A DNA stretch of 64,000 nucleotides from an uncultured Gemmatimonadales bacterium (GTDB taxonomy: Bacteria > Gemmatimonadota > Gemmatimonadetes > Gemmatimonadales > GWC2-71-9), in NCBI GenBank assembly GCA_963821525.1, contig CAWGED010000005.1:704001-768000 (forward strand). The letters run 5' to 3'. The stretch's first letter is position 1; every line of letters begins with the position of its first letter. Position numbers and translations under genes: made by a program. Positions 10,078-21,300 of the stretch are shown one piece after another. Under the pieces are notes generated by a model. It was not told where the DNA came from, made no database searches, and saw only the letters and a program-made list of their open reading frames with translations.

Positions 10078-10305
10078 GTGAAGGCCAATATTCACCCGAT
10101 GTACCGCAAGGTTACGGTCCAGTGCGCTTGCGGCAATCAGTTCGACACCCGTTCAACCTCGGCGAACGTGCACTTGGAAATCTGCGCCAAGTGCCACCCG
10201 TACTTCACCGGTAAGCAGCGCCTGGTGGACACCGCAGGGCGGGTGGACCGTTTCCGCCGCAAGTACCAGAGCGACAAGGCCACCCCGGAAACCTCGCAGG
10301 CTTAG
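10078..10305 (+). CDS. rpmE: 50S ribosomal protein L31 (Zn-binding type)
   Basis: MKANIHP...CACGN...[26 protein letters not shown]. Confidence 0.97.
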   Translation: MKANIHPMYRKVTVQCACGNQFDTRSTSANVHLEICAKCHPYFTGKQRLVDTAGRVDRFRRKYQSDKATPETSQA

Positions 10306-10308
10306 GTC

Positions 10309-11367
10309 ATGGAGGTCCGACTCCGCCAGGCACTCGCCCGGGCGGAGGAGGTCGCCAAGACGCTGGCCGACCCCTCAACCGCAAGCGATCCGGCTCGGCT
10401 AAAGGCACTCGGTCGCGAGCACACCACGCTGGAGCCGATCGTTCGGCTGGCGGAGAAGCTCGAGCGGCTGGAGAGTGAACTGGGACAGGCTCGGGAGATG
10501 GCCCTGGAGGCCGATCCCGAGCTTGTTGCGCTTGCGAAGGCCGAGTTGACCGGGCTCACGCCGCAGGTCGAATCGATGCGCGCCGAGTTGCACGAGCTGC
10601 TGTTGCCGCGGGACCCGCTCGACGATCGCGACGCCATCGTGGAAATCCGGGCCGGCACCGGTGGCGAAGAAGCGGCGCTGTTCGCGGCGGAGCTGTTTCG
10701 GATGATCCGGCGCTTCGCCGAGCGGAAGCGACTGTCGGTCGAGCCGATTTCTCTGAGTGAAGGATCCGCTGGGGGGCTCAAGGAAGCGATCTTCGCGGTC
10801 CGGGGCCCGGATTCCTACGGCATGCTGCGCCGCGAGGCTGGAGTGCATCGGGTCCAGCGGGTTCCCGCCACCGAGGCGCAGGGCCGCATCCACACTTCCG
10901 CCGCAACGGTCGCGGTTCTCCCCGAGGCCGAGGACGTGGACGTGGTGATCCAGCCCAACGATCTCAAGATCGATGTCTTTCGCTCGAGCGGCCCCGGAGG
11001 ACAGAGCGTCAACACCACCGACAGCGCGGTGCGCATCACCCACTTGCCGACCGGGCTGGTCGTGTCCCAACAGGATCAGAAGTCGCAGTTGCAGAACAAG
11101 CTCAAGGCCATGGAAGTACTGCGGGCCCGGCTCCTGGACCGGATGATTGCGGAGCAGGAAGCGGCCCGATCGCGGGATCGCCGCGCGATGGTGGGAACCG
11201 GAGACCGCTCTGCGAAGATCCGGACCTACAACTTTCCCCAGAGCCGGGTGACCGATCACCGCATCAATCTCTCGGTCTACGACCTTCCGGGGGTCATGGA
11301 CGGAGATCTCGACGAGCTGGTGAACGCGCTACGCATGGCGAGCAGGCAGGAGATGATGAGTGCCTGA
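10309..11367 (+). CDS. prfA: Peptide chain release factor 1
   Basis: EIRAGTGGEEAA, GVHRVQRVPATE (PxT), GPGGQSVNTTDSAVR. Confidence 0.97.
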   Translation: MEVRLRQALARAEEVAKTLADPSTASDPARLKALGREHTTLEPIVRLAEKLERLESELGQAREMALEADPELVALAKAELTGLTPQVESMRAELHELLLPRDPLDDRDAIVEIRAGTGGEEAALFAAELFRMIRRFAERKRLSVEPISLSEGSAGGLKEAIFAVRGPDSYGMLRREAGVHRVQRVPATEAQGRIHTSAATVAVLPEAEDVDVVIQPNDLKIDVFRSSGPGGQSVNTTDSAVRITHLPTGLVVSQQDQKSQLQNKLKAMEVLRARLLDRMIAEQEAARSRDRRAMVGTGDRSAKIRTYNFPQSRVTDHRINLSVYDLPGVMDGDLDELVNALRMASRQEMMSA

Positions 11368-12214
11368 AACCCTGTACCGGCTTCGCGCCGTGCTCGAGGA
11401 AGCCGCGCTCCGGCTGAAAGCGGCCGGCATCGCCGAGCCACGCCGGGAGGCACAGCGGCTCTGGGCCGACCTGCAGGGGCACTCTCGCGCTGAGCTGTTG
11501 CCACTGCGGGACGATCCAGTGGATCAACCGTTGCGCGCCCGCTACGAGGCCGCCGTCCTTCGCCTCGCCGCAGGGGAGCCGATCCAGTATGTCACGGGGA
11601 TAGCAGGCTTCCGCCGTCTGACCCTGGGTTCCGACCGACGGGCATTGATTCCTCGGCCCGAGACCGAAGGGCTGGTCGAGCTGGTTCTCGCCCGGGTATC
11701 GCACGGCCGAATTGCCGATATCGGGACCGGCTCGGGCTGCATCGCACTGAGTCTCGCCGATGAGGGCGAGTTCGACCTGGTGGTCGGGGTGGACCGCTCG
11801 CCCGAGGCGCTGGCTCTCGCCCGGGAGAATCGAGACCAACTGGGCCTCCTGGTCGAGTTCGTCGAAGGTGATCTCTGCGAACCGCTGCGTGGGGAACTGT
11901 GGGACGCGCTGGTCTCCAATCCACCCTATCTTACTTCGGGCGAGTATCAGGGACTGGATCGCTCGGTGCGGGACTGGGAGCCGGAAGGCGCGCTCTCGGA
12001 TGGTCCGGATGGTCTCGCCACGACTCGCCGGCTGGTGGTGCAGGCGCGGGATGTCGTGCGCGCTGGCGGATTGCTGGGATTGGAAGTGGATTGCTCGCGG
12101 GCGCCCGCAGTCGCCGGCCTCGCGACCGAGGCCGGTTGGGTGGACGTCAGTGTGTACGAAGACCTCTTTGGCCGCGCCCGTTACGTTCTGGCGCGGAGGA
12201 GCGAAACGGCGTGA
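11360..12214 (+). CDS. prmC: Release factor glutamine methyltransferase
   Basis: GEPIQYVTG, LIPRPETE, DIGTGSGCI, SNPPY; follows prfA. Confidence 0.95.
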   Translation: MPETLYRLRAVLEEAALRLKAAGIAEPRREAQRLWADLQGHSRAELLPLRDDPVDQPLRARYEAAVLRLAAGEPIQYVTGIAGFRRLTLGSDRRALIPRPETEGLVELVLARVSHGRIADIGTGSGCIALSLADEGEFDLVVGVDRSPEALALARENRDQLGLLVEFVEGDLCEPLRGELWDALVSNPPYLTSGEYQGLDRSVRDWEPEGALSDGPDGLATTRRLVVQARDVVRAGGLLGLEVDCSRAPAVAGLATEAGWVDVSVYEDLFGRARYVLARRSETA

Positions 12215-12564
12215 TCTGGGAAAAGGCAGAAGAGCTCGGGCGCCTCATCGGGCAGACCCCTGAATGCAAGGCGTTGCGGCGGGCGGAAACCAGTCTCCGC
12301 GACGACAAGGAAACAGTTGCCAAGCTCGATACGATTCAGAGCCTGGCCAAGCAGGTGGATGATCTCGTCGCCCAGGGACAGATGCCCGACCAGGCCACCG
12401 CGGAAGCATACGAAAAGGCGGTCCGGGAACTCGAGGTGAGCACCACGGGGCAGGCCTACGCCGTAGCGCGTGCCAACTTCGAGAAGCTGATGATCAAGGT
12501 GAATCAGCTGATCGGCCAGGGGATCGAGAAGGGCGCGACCAGCAATATCATCACCCTCGGATGA
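12211..12564 (+). CDS. YlbF/YmcA (Com_YlbF) family regulator
   Basis: GTG start with GGAGGAG RBS; MIWEKAEELGRLIGQTPECKALRRAE...ANFEKLMIKVNQLI pattern. Confidence 0.75.
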   Translation: MIWEKAEELGRLIGQTPECKALRRAETSLRDDKETVAKLDTIQSLAKQVDDLVAQGQMPDQATAEAYEKAVRELEVSTTGQAYAVARANFEKLMIKVNQLIGQGIEKGATSNIITLG

Positions 12565-13196
12565 CTCACGGCTTCTTCCTGGCGGTTGAGGGACCAGAAG
12601 GGGCCGGAAAATCCACCCTCGTTTCGAGCCTGGCTGCTCGATTGCGGCAGGAGGGGACGGAACCGCTGGTGGTGCGGGAACCAGGAGGGACTGATGCAGC
12701 CGAGGCAATTCGCCGGATATTGCTGGAACCAGACAGCAATCTGGCCCCGATTTCGGAGCTGTATCTCTTCCTTGCCGCTCGGGCCGATCTCGTGACCAGG
12801 AGGATTCGTCCCGCGATCGAAGCGGGAAACGTCGTGGTGGCGGATCGCTTCGAGCTGTCCACTCTGGCCTATCAAGTCGGGGGCCGTGGTCTCGATGAAT
12901 CGCTGGTACGGAGTGCCAATCAAGCCGCCACCGGCGGGCTGCACCCCGATCTCACCCTGATCCTCGACGTTCCACCGCGCACCGGGCTCTCCCGCATTCA
13001 AAAGGCCGGTGCGGCATTCGACCGGATCGAGCGCGAGGATGATGGATTTCACCAGCGGGTAGCCGAAACCTTTCGCCGGGCGAGTGGTAAGGGCTTGGTG
13101 CACCTCGACGGTGCACAGTCACCGGAACAGGTCTTGCACCGAGCCTGGGATGAAGTGGTACAGGCTCGGGCGGCGGCCAAGCCCCAGTCGAGTTAA
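12561..13196 (+). CDS. tmk: Thymidylate kinase
   Basis: EGPEGAGKST, REPGGT, LFLAARA, ADRF..STLAYQ..GRG. Confidence 0.96.
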   Translation: MTHGFFLAVEGPEGAGKSTLVSSLAARLRQEGTEPLVVREPGGTDAAEAIRRILLEPDSNLAPISELYLFLAARADLVTRRIRPAIEAGNVVVADRFELSTLAYQVGGRGLDESLVRSANQAATGGLHPDLTLILDVPPRTGLSRIQKAGAAFDRIEREDDGFHQRVAETFRRASGKGLVHLDGAQSPEQVLHRAWDEVVQARAAAKPQSS

Positions 13197-13258
13197 TTTA
13201 CCGTTTATGATCCGAGGCGGCGCAGCGTGCGCCGTACCGGGCAAGTATGGAGGTGACT

Positions 13259-14884
13259 ATGCGGCAGCGTTGGGTCCTGATTCTTCTGGTGGCGGTGACG
13301 TCGTTCTTCACTGGCGGTTGGCTGCTGCAGCGCGGCGCCGCCAGCGACGGGAACGTGTACCAGCACGCCCGCCTGTTTGACGATGTTTTATCCCACGTCA
13401 GTGCCTACTACGTCGATTCGATCGGGCAGGGAGAGCTGTACGACAAGGCCACCAATGGCCTCCTCGAGGAGCTGCACGATCCCTACTCCGTTCTCCTGCA
13501 GGGCGACGACTATAAAGCGCTTACCGAGACTACCACCGGTAACTATGGCGGTCTGGGTATCCAGATCGACGTGCGCGATGGGTGGATCACCGTCGTGGCG
13601 CCGCTCCCCGAGACTCCCGCTGAACGAGCCGGGATCGAAACCGGCGACCAGATCATCATGGTCAACGGCAAATCCACTGAGGGCTGGAACAACGATCAGG
13701 CGGTCAAGGCTCTCCGCGGCCAGCCGGGCAGCGACGTCGAGCTGAAGATCCGCCGGGCCGGAATGGCCACCCCGATGGTCTACAACCTGAACCGGGCCCA
13801 GATCCACGTCCGCTCGGTCCCGCCGGGATCGATGTTCCCGGGCGGTATCGGCTACATCTCACTGAATCCGGTGGCGGAGACATCCACCAACGAGCTGCGT
13901 TCGGAAATCACTGCGCTGCTCGGCAAGGGCATGAAGTCGCTGATTCTCGACCTGCGGGGCAATCCGGGAGGCCTGCTCGATCAGGGCGTTCGGGTGGCCG
14001 ATCTCTTCCTCGATCCGTCCCAGGAGATCGTATCAACCCGGGGCCGGGCCAAGGGCTCGACCAAGCACTATGCCGACGAGCTGAAGCAGGAGTGGCCCAA
14101 CCTGCCGATCGTGACGCTGGTCAACGAGGGAACCGCGAGCGCCGCCGAGATCATCTCCGGTGCGCTGCAGGACCACGATCGCGCGGTGGTAGTGGGTGTG
14201 CCGACCTTTGGTAAGGGTCTGGTCCAGACACTTTATCCCTTCTCCGACAACACCGCACTCAAGCTCACGACCGGGCGCTGGTATACCCCGAGTGGCCGCA
14301 CCATCCAGCGCATCGCGAAGAACGAAGAGGATCAGTTCCAGCAGGCCCAGAACGAGGCCGACGGCACACCGGACAGCGCCGCGGCCGATACGGTCGAGCG
14401 TCCGACCTTCCACACCGACGGCGGCAGAGCCGTGCGCGGTGGAGGCGGCATCGTTCCCGACATCGTGATCCGCCAGGATACGCTCACGGCGGGGGAGAAG
14501 GCATTCGCCACGGCGCTCGGTCCCAAGTTCCCGGAATACCGGGATGCGCTGACCTCCTACGCCCTCGCGCTCAAGAACCAGAAGACCATCACCAGCGAAG
14601 ACTTCAAGGTTACGCCGGCGATGCGGTCCGAAGTGCTGACCAGGCTTCGTGCCCGGGGTGCCAAGCTCACCGACGAAACCTTTAACGGGGCGTCGGATCT
14701 GATCGATCAGCAGCTGGGATACGAAGTGTCGCGGTACGTCTTTGGTCGCACGGCCGAGTTCCGCCGCCGGGCTCAGGACGACAGGCAGATGCAGGACGCA
14801 CTCGACCTGCTTAAGAAGGCTCAGACTCCGAAGGACCTCATGGGTCTGGCGATGTCGCAGGCCAGCTCGACCGGGAGGAACTGA
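13259..14884 (+). CDS. ctpA: Carboxy-terminal processing protease, S41 family
   Basis: DPYS, PDZ (GGLGIQI), DLRGNPGGLL, TASAAEIISGALQD, TFGKGLVQ. GGAGG before ATG 13259. Confidence 0.93.
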   Translation: MRQRWVLILLVAVTSFFTGGWLLQRGAASDGNVYQHARLFDDVLSHVSAYYVDSIGQGELYDKATNGLLEELHDPYSVLLQGDDYKALTETTTGNYGGLGIQIDVRDGWITVVAPLPETPAERAGIETGDQIIMVNGKSTEGWNNDQAVKALRGQPGSDVELKIRRAGMATPMVYNLNRAQIHVRSVPPGSMFPGGIGYISLNPVAETSTNELRSEITALLGKGMKSLILDLRGNPGGLLDQGVRVADLFLDPSQEIVSTRGRAKGSTKHYADELKQEWPNLPIVTLVNEGTASAAEIISGALQDHDRAVVVGVPTFGKGLVQTLYPFSDNTALKLTTGRWYTPSGRTIQRIAKNEEDQFQQAQNEADGTPDSAAADTVERPTFHTDGGRAVRGGGGIVPDIVIRQDTLTAGEKAFATALGPKFPEYRDALTSYALALKNQKTITSEDFKVTPAMRSEVLTRLRARGAKLTDETFNGASDLIDQQLGYEVSRYVFGRTAEFRRRAQDDRQMQDALDLLKKAQTPKDLMGLAMSQASSTGRN

Positions 14885-14887
14885 CCG

Positions 14888-15712
14888 ATCGGAGAGGCTA
14901 CACAAATCGCCGCGGCCCTCGGGACCGGGATCGCGGTCGGTATCCTCTCCGCGCTGGCCGGAATCGGCGGTGGTGTCGTGATGGTCCCCTTCATGTACGT
15001 GGTTTACCGGTCGGCACCGGTGACCGTCTCCGCCCAGACCGTGGTGGCGCATGCCACCAGTCTGGGCGTTGCCTTCGTGACATCGACCTTCGGCACCTGG
15101 CATTATTCAAGGGTGAAGGCGGTCGCGTGGAGGGCGGCCACCGCCTACGCGGTTCCCGGAATCCTTTCCGCCTTCCTTGTCGCTCGGCTCCTGACCAAGG
15201 TGCACGAGGTACATTGGATTCGCGCGGCGTTCGGGGTGTTCCTTCTGGTATCGGCGGTGGACATGGCCAGGCGTGCCATGATTCCGCATCCGGTTCACCA
15301 CGAACATCCGCCGCACTCTTCCGGCTGGCTGGGACTCGCCGGCTTCTTCGGCGGCGGGATCAGCAGCCTCCTCGGCATCGGAGGAGGCCTCATCGCCGTT
15401 CCGGTGCTGCTGTACGTTGGACGCATGCCGGTACAGGCGGTGGCTCCAACGGCACTGGCTGGTGTCTGTCTTACCACGCTCGCAGGGAGCATTGGCTACA
15501 TGACCGGTGGAGCGGGTCCGCCAGTGTCACCCTGGATGGTGGGATTCGTTGATGCGCGGATGGCCGTCCCCTTGGCGATCGGGGCCGTAACCAGTGTTCC
15601 GCTGGGGGTGCGATTCAACCGCACCCTGAGTCCTCAGAAACTCTTCTGGTTCTTTGCCGCGACTTTCAGCGTCATCGGCGTCCTGCTGATCAAGGAGGGG
15701 TTGGGTGGCTAG
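14888..15712 (+). CDS. Sulfite exporter TauE/SafE (TSUP) family
   Basis: Two GIGGG..VP repeats. The first lies upstream of the tracked start, so the start is placed at ATC 14888. Confidence 0.82.
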   Translation: MGEATQIAAALGTGIAVGILSALAGIGGGVVMVPFMYVVYRSAPVTVSAQTVVAHATSLGVAFVTSTFGTWHYSRVKAVAWRAATAYAVPGILSAFLVARLLTKVHEVHWIRAAFGVFLLVSAVDMARRAMIPHPVHHEHPPHSSGWLGLAGFFGGGISSLLGIGGGLIAVPVLLYVGRMPVQAVAPTALAGVCLTTLAGSIGYMTGGAGPPVSPWMVGFVDARMAVPLAIGAVTSVPLGVRFNRTLSPQKLFWFFAATFSVIGVLLIKEGLGG

Positions 15713-16568
15713 GCCGAGAATTGCAATCATTGGCGCGGGACGAATGGGGCAGGGCCTTGGGCTGGCGTTGCAGCGGCGAGGCTACTCCGCGGCGCTCTTC
15801 GCGCGAAGCGAGCGTCCGGTGGCGGCTTCGCTGCTGCTGCAGACCGGAGATATCTCCGCCGTCACCAACGGCGCCGAGGTGGTGATCATCGCGACGCCGG
15901 ACGACGCTGTCACCGGGGTGGCGCGTCAATTGGCGGAGGCGGGAGCGGTCTTGCGGGAACAGTCGGTGCTCCACATATCCGGTCTGCTCGATCATCTGGC
16001 CCTGGCGCCGCTCAAAGTGACCAAAGCGGGTTTGGGTTCCATGCATCCGCTGCAGACGCTGGCCGATCCGGCCACCGCGGTTGAGCGCCTGCAGGGTGTC
16101 TATGCCATGATCGAAGGCGACGAACCGGCGCTGCAGCAGGCCGAACGGCTGGCGCGCAGCCTGAAAATGATCCCGATCCGGATCGAGGCGTCGGCCAAGC
16201 CCCGCTACCACGCGGCGGCGAGCCTGGTCGCCAATTACACCACCGTGCTGGGGGCAATTGCGGAGCGGGTGGCGCGAGAAGCAGGAGTATCACCCGAGGT
16301 GTCGAGAAAGATCTATCTGCCGCTGCTCAAGGGCGCGGTGGACAACCTCGCGGAATTCAGTCCCGTGGCGGCGCTCACCGGACCGATCCGGCGGGGGGAC
16401 CTGGCGACGGTTCGCGCGCATCTCGAGGCCTTCCAAGGTGAAGACCGTCGGGTCTATGCCGAGCTGGGGCGTGCTGCGCTGGCCCTGGCCAGAGAGGGAG
16501 GGCTGGAAGAGTCCCAGGCTTCGAAGATGGAAGCGCTATTGAACGGCGCCACCGCTACTGCTCGATAA
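15705..16568 (+). CDS. Rossmann-like + DUF2520 protein (PanG-like ketopantoate reductase family)
   Basis: IIGAGRMG, IATPDDAV, HISG, SMHPLQT, RYHAAA, LTGPIRRGD..TVRAHL. Confidence 0.88.
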   Translation: MARPRIAIIGAGRMGQGLGLALQRRGYSAALFARSERPVAASLLLQTGDISAVTNGAEVVIIATPDDAVTGVARQLAEAGAVLREQSVLHISGLLDHLALAPLKVTKAGLGSMHPLQTLADPATAVERLQGVYAMIEGDEPALQQAERLARSLKMIPIRIEASAKPRYHAAASLVANYTTVLGAIAERVAREAGVSPEVSRKIYLPLLKGAVDNLAEFSPVAALTGPIRRGDLATVRAHLEAFQGEDRRVYAELGRAALALAREGGLEESQASKMEALLNGATATAR

Positions 16569-17268
16569 CCCGGACCCCGGATGGCACGTTGAAGGTGAAG
16601 GAATTCGGGGGTGGACGCCGGTTGATCATCACTCCGGTTAGCACCAGGGTCCGATTGGTACCGGTCTTCTCCTGAATCTCCAGCCTCCTCGGCAGGTTGT
16701 CGGATCGGTCGATCCACAGAATCGCAGCCCGGAACGGTAGCGTCGGGTCGAGCGGAGTGAGCTCGACCACATCGGCGCTCCGCCCTCCTACGGCATCCTC
16801 GCGTAAATACCTCGTGCGATAGCGCTCCACCGGCTTGGTGAGAAGCCAGGCCAGGACATTGGGACCGTACGTCGCGTCCTTGGGAATCGGAGTGCGGATG
16901 ACCTGCCCCGGCGTCGTGCTCGGGGTATAGATCCAGATGTATTCGCCGTCCATCACGATCGCCTCGCCGTTGGGATCGGTGAAGCGCATCGCGAACGAGG
17001 CGGTACCGGCCTGCAGCAGTCTCCCCTTGCTTTCGAAGGTACCGATCATCGAGTCGGAGATGACCTGACGGAAGTCCGCCTGGAACGAGCTGAGCTGCTG
17101 GTAGGCCTTCGCGGCGCGTTCGATGATGGTGTCGGGGCTTACTTGGGCGTTCGCGGTGCCGGCGGTCAGGGCGAACAGAGCGGTCAGGGCGGACAAGGCG
17201 GTCAGGACGGTCGAAAGAGCTCCTGCCCGCCCCGCCCGTCCTGTTCGCCCTGTCCGACCTGCCTTCAT
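16555..17268 (-). CDS. lolA: Outer-membrane lipoprotein carrier LolA family
   Basis: Signal peptide; [33 protein letters not shown]. Confidence 0.85.
   Translation of the reverse strand: MKAGRTGRTGRAGRAGALSTVLTALSALTALFALTAGTANAQVSPDTIIERAAKAYQQLSSFQADFRQVISDSMIGTFESKGRLLQAGTASFAMRFTDPNGEAIVMDGEYIWIYTPSTTPGQVIRTPIPKDATYGPNVLAWLLTKPVERYRTRYLREDAVGGRSADVVELTPLDPTLPFRAAILWIDRSDNLPRRLEIQEKTGTNRTLVLTGVMINRRPPPNSFTFNVPSGVRVIEQ
17160..17266. repeat. Inverted 9-mer tandem arrays encoding the LolA signal peptide
   Basis: About six GGCGGTCAG-like units followed by about four CCTGCCCGC-like units. Confidence 0.75.
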
Positions 17269-18305
17269 GCTCTCACCCCGGCGGCCACCGCCACCCGCCG
17301 CCCGATCGCTTCGGCGATGATCCGCGTCTCCTTCATGAGGCGGGCGAACTGCTCCGGATACAGACTCTGGGCGCCGTCGGAGAGGGCCCGGTCGGGATTG
17401 GGATGCACCTCAACCAGCAGTCCGTCGGCGCCGGCGGCTACCGCGGCACGAGCCATCGGGATCACCATCTCACGGTGGCCGGTCCCATGGCTGGGATCCG
17501 CAATGATCGGCAGGTGGGAGAGGCCGTGCACCACCGGAATGGCCGACAGATCGAAGATGTTGCGAGTGGCGGGATCGAAGCCGCGCACGCCGCGCTCGCA
17601 CAGAATCACATTCGGATTGCCTTCGGCCAGGATGTATTCGGCCGAGAGCAGCAGCTCCTGGATGGTGGCCGAAAGGCCTCGCTTGAGCAGAATCGGCTTC
17701 TGCAGCTTGCCGGCCCGCTTCAGCAGGGAATAGTTCTGCATGTTCCGCGCGCCGATCTGAATGATGTCGGCGACCTCGGCGACCTGGTCGGCGCCCTCGG
17801 GATCCATCGCCTCGGTGACGATGAGCAGTCCGGTCTCCGCTTTCGCCAGCCGCAACAGAGGCAGTCCCTCGACTCCCAAGCCCTGGAATGAATAGGGCGA
17901 ACTGCGTGGCTTGAACGCCCCAGCCCGCAAAACCGTGGCACCGGCCTCCCGCACTGCCTCAGCGGCGGCAAGGATCTGCTGCTCACTTTCCACTGAGCAG
18001 GGCCCGGCCATGACCACGACATCTTCACCGCCGATCGTGAGTCCTCCCGGCAGAGACACGATGGTGGACTCGGCCTTCCACTCGCGCGACACCTGCTTGT
18101 ACGGCTTGGAGACGTGAATGACTTCCTGAACGCCGGCGAGCGCCTCGATGCGGGAGCCATCCACCCGTCCATCGTTGCCAACCAGGCCCACCGTGGTCCG
18201 CTGCCGCCCCGGCATCGGACGGGCCTGGTAGCCCATCTCAACGATCACGTCGCAGACCCGGCGCACCTCCTCGTCGCTGGCGCCGTGCCGCATGACGATG
18301 AGCAT
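17265..18305 (-). CDS. aroF: DAHP synthase type I-beta with N-terminal regulatory domain
   Basis: [58 protein letters not shown]. Confidence 0.95.
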   Translation of the reverse strand: MLIVMRHGASDEEVRRVCDVIVEMGYQARPMPGRQRTTVGLVGNDGRVDGSRIEALAGVQEVIHVSKPYKQVSREWKAESTIVSLPGGLTIGGEDVVVMAGPCSVESEQQILAAAEAVREAGATVLRAGAFKPRSSPYSFQGLGVEGLPLLRLAKAETGLLIVTEAMDPEGADQVAEVADIIQIGARNMQNYSLLKRAGKLQKPILLKRGLSATIQELLLSAEYILAEGNPNVILCERGVRGFDPATRNIFDLSAIPVVHGLSHLPIIADPSHGTGHREMVIPMARAAVAAGADGLLVEVHPNPDRALSDGAQSLYPEQFARLMKETRIIAEAIGRRVAVAAGVRA

Positions 18306-21300
18306 CTACACCGCCTGCCGTTCTGCCAGCCGCACGCCGACGATGGTCGAGACGCCGGGCTCCTGCATCGTCACGCCGTAGACCGCCTCGGCTGACTGCA
18401 TGGTGCGCGGGTTGTGAGTAATCACCAGGAATTGGGTGGACTGCTTGAACTCATCGAGCAGTCTCGTGAACCGGCCCACGTTGGCGTCGTCGAGCGGGGC
18501 ATCCACTTCATCCATCAGGCAGAAGGGGCTCGGCTTGGTGAGATAGATGCTGAAGAGCAGCGAGACCGCCACAAGGGTCCGCTCCCCGGTTGAAAGCAGG
18601 TGAATGCGCTGGGTGCGCTTCCCGCGGGGTGCGGCGTGGATGTCGATCTCGCTCTCGAGTGGATCGTCCGGATTGGCCAGCCGGAGATCGCACTCACCGC
18701 CGCCGAACAGGGTCTGGAAGACGTGGAGGAAGCTGGTTCGAATGGCGGTGAAGGTCTCGAGGAACATGGCCCGCGCCGTGCCGTCGATTTCCCGGATGGC
18801 CTGTTGCAGCGAATGCCGCGCCGCGACGAGGTCGTCCCGCTGGGCAACGAGGAAATCGAGCCGCTTGCTTTCTTCGGCATGTTCCTCGACCGCCAGCGCG
18901 TTGACCGGACCGATGGTCTCCAGGCTGGAGACGATTCGCGCCGCTTCGTTCTCCAGGGTGTCGATGTCGAGATCGAGCATCGGGGCTTCGGCCAAAAGGG
19001 TATCGATCGGCTTCCGCCATTCGGCCTCCACCCGCTCGACGATGCCGCGCCGCCGGGCGGTGGCCTCGGTCATCTCCAGATCGATCCGGTGCGCTTCTTC
19101 CGTGAGATCATCCAGACGGGTGCGCATCGCGTGCAGCTCATTCTCGGCTTCTTCAAGCGCCTGTTCGGCTTCGGATGCGGCCTGATCCGCGTCGGCGGCG
19201 GCCGCCTCGAGCTCCAGCACGGCAACCTTCCGCTCGGCCCGTGCTTCCAGCCACAGAGCCTGCTGTTGGGCCAGGCCGGTGGTGTCATCAGTCAACCGAG
19301 TCAGCTCGATGGCGAGTGCCGCGGAAGCCAGCTCGGCCTCCTCACCGGTGCGGAGGGCGCGCTCGAGGTATCCTTGCGCCGCCTCGAGCCGAGCGACGAC
19401 CTGGGCCTCCTGGACCTGGCAGTGGACTCGTGCGTCGCGCGCCGCTTCCTGCTGCCCTTCCAGGTCGGCGAGCCGGGACCGGGCCTGGCCCAGGCTTTCC
19501 TCGATGCGCACCCGGGCCAGCTCGCCTTCGGTCAGCGCAATATCGATCTCGACCAGACGCCGCTCGGAGCGCTCGATCCGTTCCTTGAGCGAGGCGAATT
19601 GGGTCTCCGCGTCACCGAGGTCGCGACCGGTTGACGAAGCCATCCGAACCGCATCGTCTCGTGTGGCGACCGCTACCCGCTCCGCGTCGCGGGCGTGATC
19701 GGAGGCCTGGGATGCCTGGTCGAGGGCCGCCTCGACCTCGGCCAGACGGCGCACCGTCTCGGCCAATTCCATTTCTGCCTTGTTCAGCGCTGCCTGGGCT
19801 GCCCTGACCTCATGGGTCAGGCTCTCCAGCTCGGCGCGCCGACGGAGGGGGCCGGAAGGAGCCGGTGCACCGGGAAGCAGAATCGCGCCGTTGGGCCGGC
19901 GAAGAACGCGCCCGCCACCGGCGAGTACCTGAGAGCCGGCGAGCAGGGCGCGCACCCACGCCGCGGCATGCCCTTCGGCCACCAGGCGCCCAGCGAGGGG
20001 ATCGTCCCCTTCGGTGCCGGTCGGGCCCGAATCAATCGGGAGCAGCGCGATCATGCCGGGCTGCTCGCTCGCGTGCCAATCCTGAATCGCCTCCAGGGCC
20101 GCGCTGTCGCTTACCAGAACCGCGTGCACCCATTCTCCGAGCAGGCGTTCGGCGATCTCCGCATCCTCGCGGCCGGCGCGCAAGAAGTCGCTCAACGGTC
20201 CCAGCACGGCGCCGCCGAAGCGCGACTTTGCGGCCAGGAGTGCGGCGGCACCGGGGGCGAGTCCCACCCGATCGCGCTCCAACTCCTCCAGCGCCTGGCG
20301 CCGGGTGGTGAGTTGAGCCAGCGACTCCTCAGCGGCACGGCGATCCGCCCGGCCCAGCGCTTCGCGACGACGGGTTTCGGCGAGCAGGTGGCGGCCGCGC
20401 TCAGCTTCGGCCGAGGTGCGCTTGGCTTCGGCCGAGAGCCTTTCGGCATTCGATACGGCTTCTGCGCGACGCCGTTCGGCGACATCGAGCTCGGCCTGCA
20501 GGTCCTGGCGCCGCCCCGAGACGACCGAGGCCTGTTCCCGGAGAGAGGAGAGGTCGGTCTCCAGAGATCCGCGCTCCCCCTCCAGAGATTTCAGGATTTG
20601 CGCGCGACGCTGAAGATCCTCCTCCAGCTGGCGAACGGCTTGACGCTGATCCCCGAGTTGCAACCGGACCTCTTGCTCGGTCTGGGCTCGACCCGCCAGG
20701 TCAGTCGCGATGCGCTCCCGCTCGAGTTGCGCGGTCTTCCGTTCGGCATCCGCGGCGTCGTGGTCCCGCTGGGCCTGCTGACGGCGGATCTCCATCTGAC
20801 CGCGTTCGTCGGTGGCGCGCAGCCGGCGGGCCGCGGCATTGGCCAGACGCTCGGCTGCGAGAGCCAGGTCTCCATCCAGGCGGCCGAGTTCCAGCCGAAC
20901 GTCTCCCAGCCGGCGAGCGATCTCGGTCCGCTGCACTTCGGCCGACGCACGAGTGCGGGCGCATTCCTCACGAACCTGTTCGGCGTCGCCAACGACGTCA
21001 CGAGCCTCGGGCAACTCCTGGGTCAACACACCGTGACGCTCTTCGCTGCTCGCAATCTGGCCGGCCAGGCGCTCCAGCTGGCGGCGAGCCAGGGTGAGCT
21101 GCACCGAGAACTTCTCTTCGGACAACTTCGCATACCGCTCGGCCTTCCCCCGCTGCCGGGCGAGGCTCCGGATCTGGCTCTGGACTTCGGCGATCAGGTC
21201 CTCGACCCGCTGCAGGTCGCCGCCGGTCTCCTCGAGACGGCGCTCGGTGGTCTGCCTGCGGTCGCGGTAGAGGCCGATTCCGGCGGCCTCTTCGAACAGC

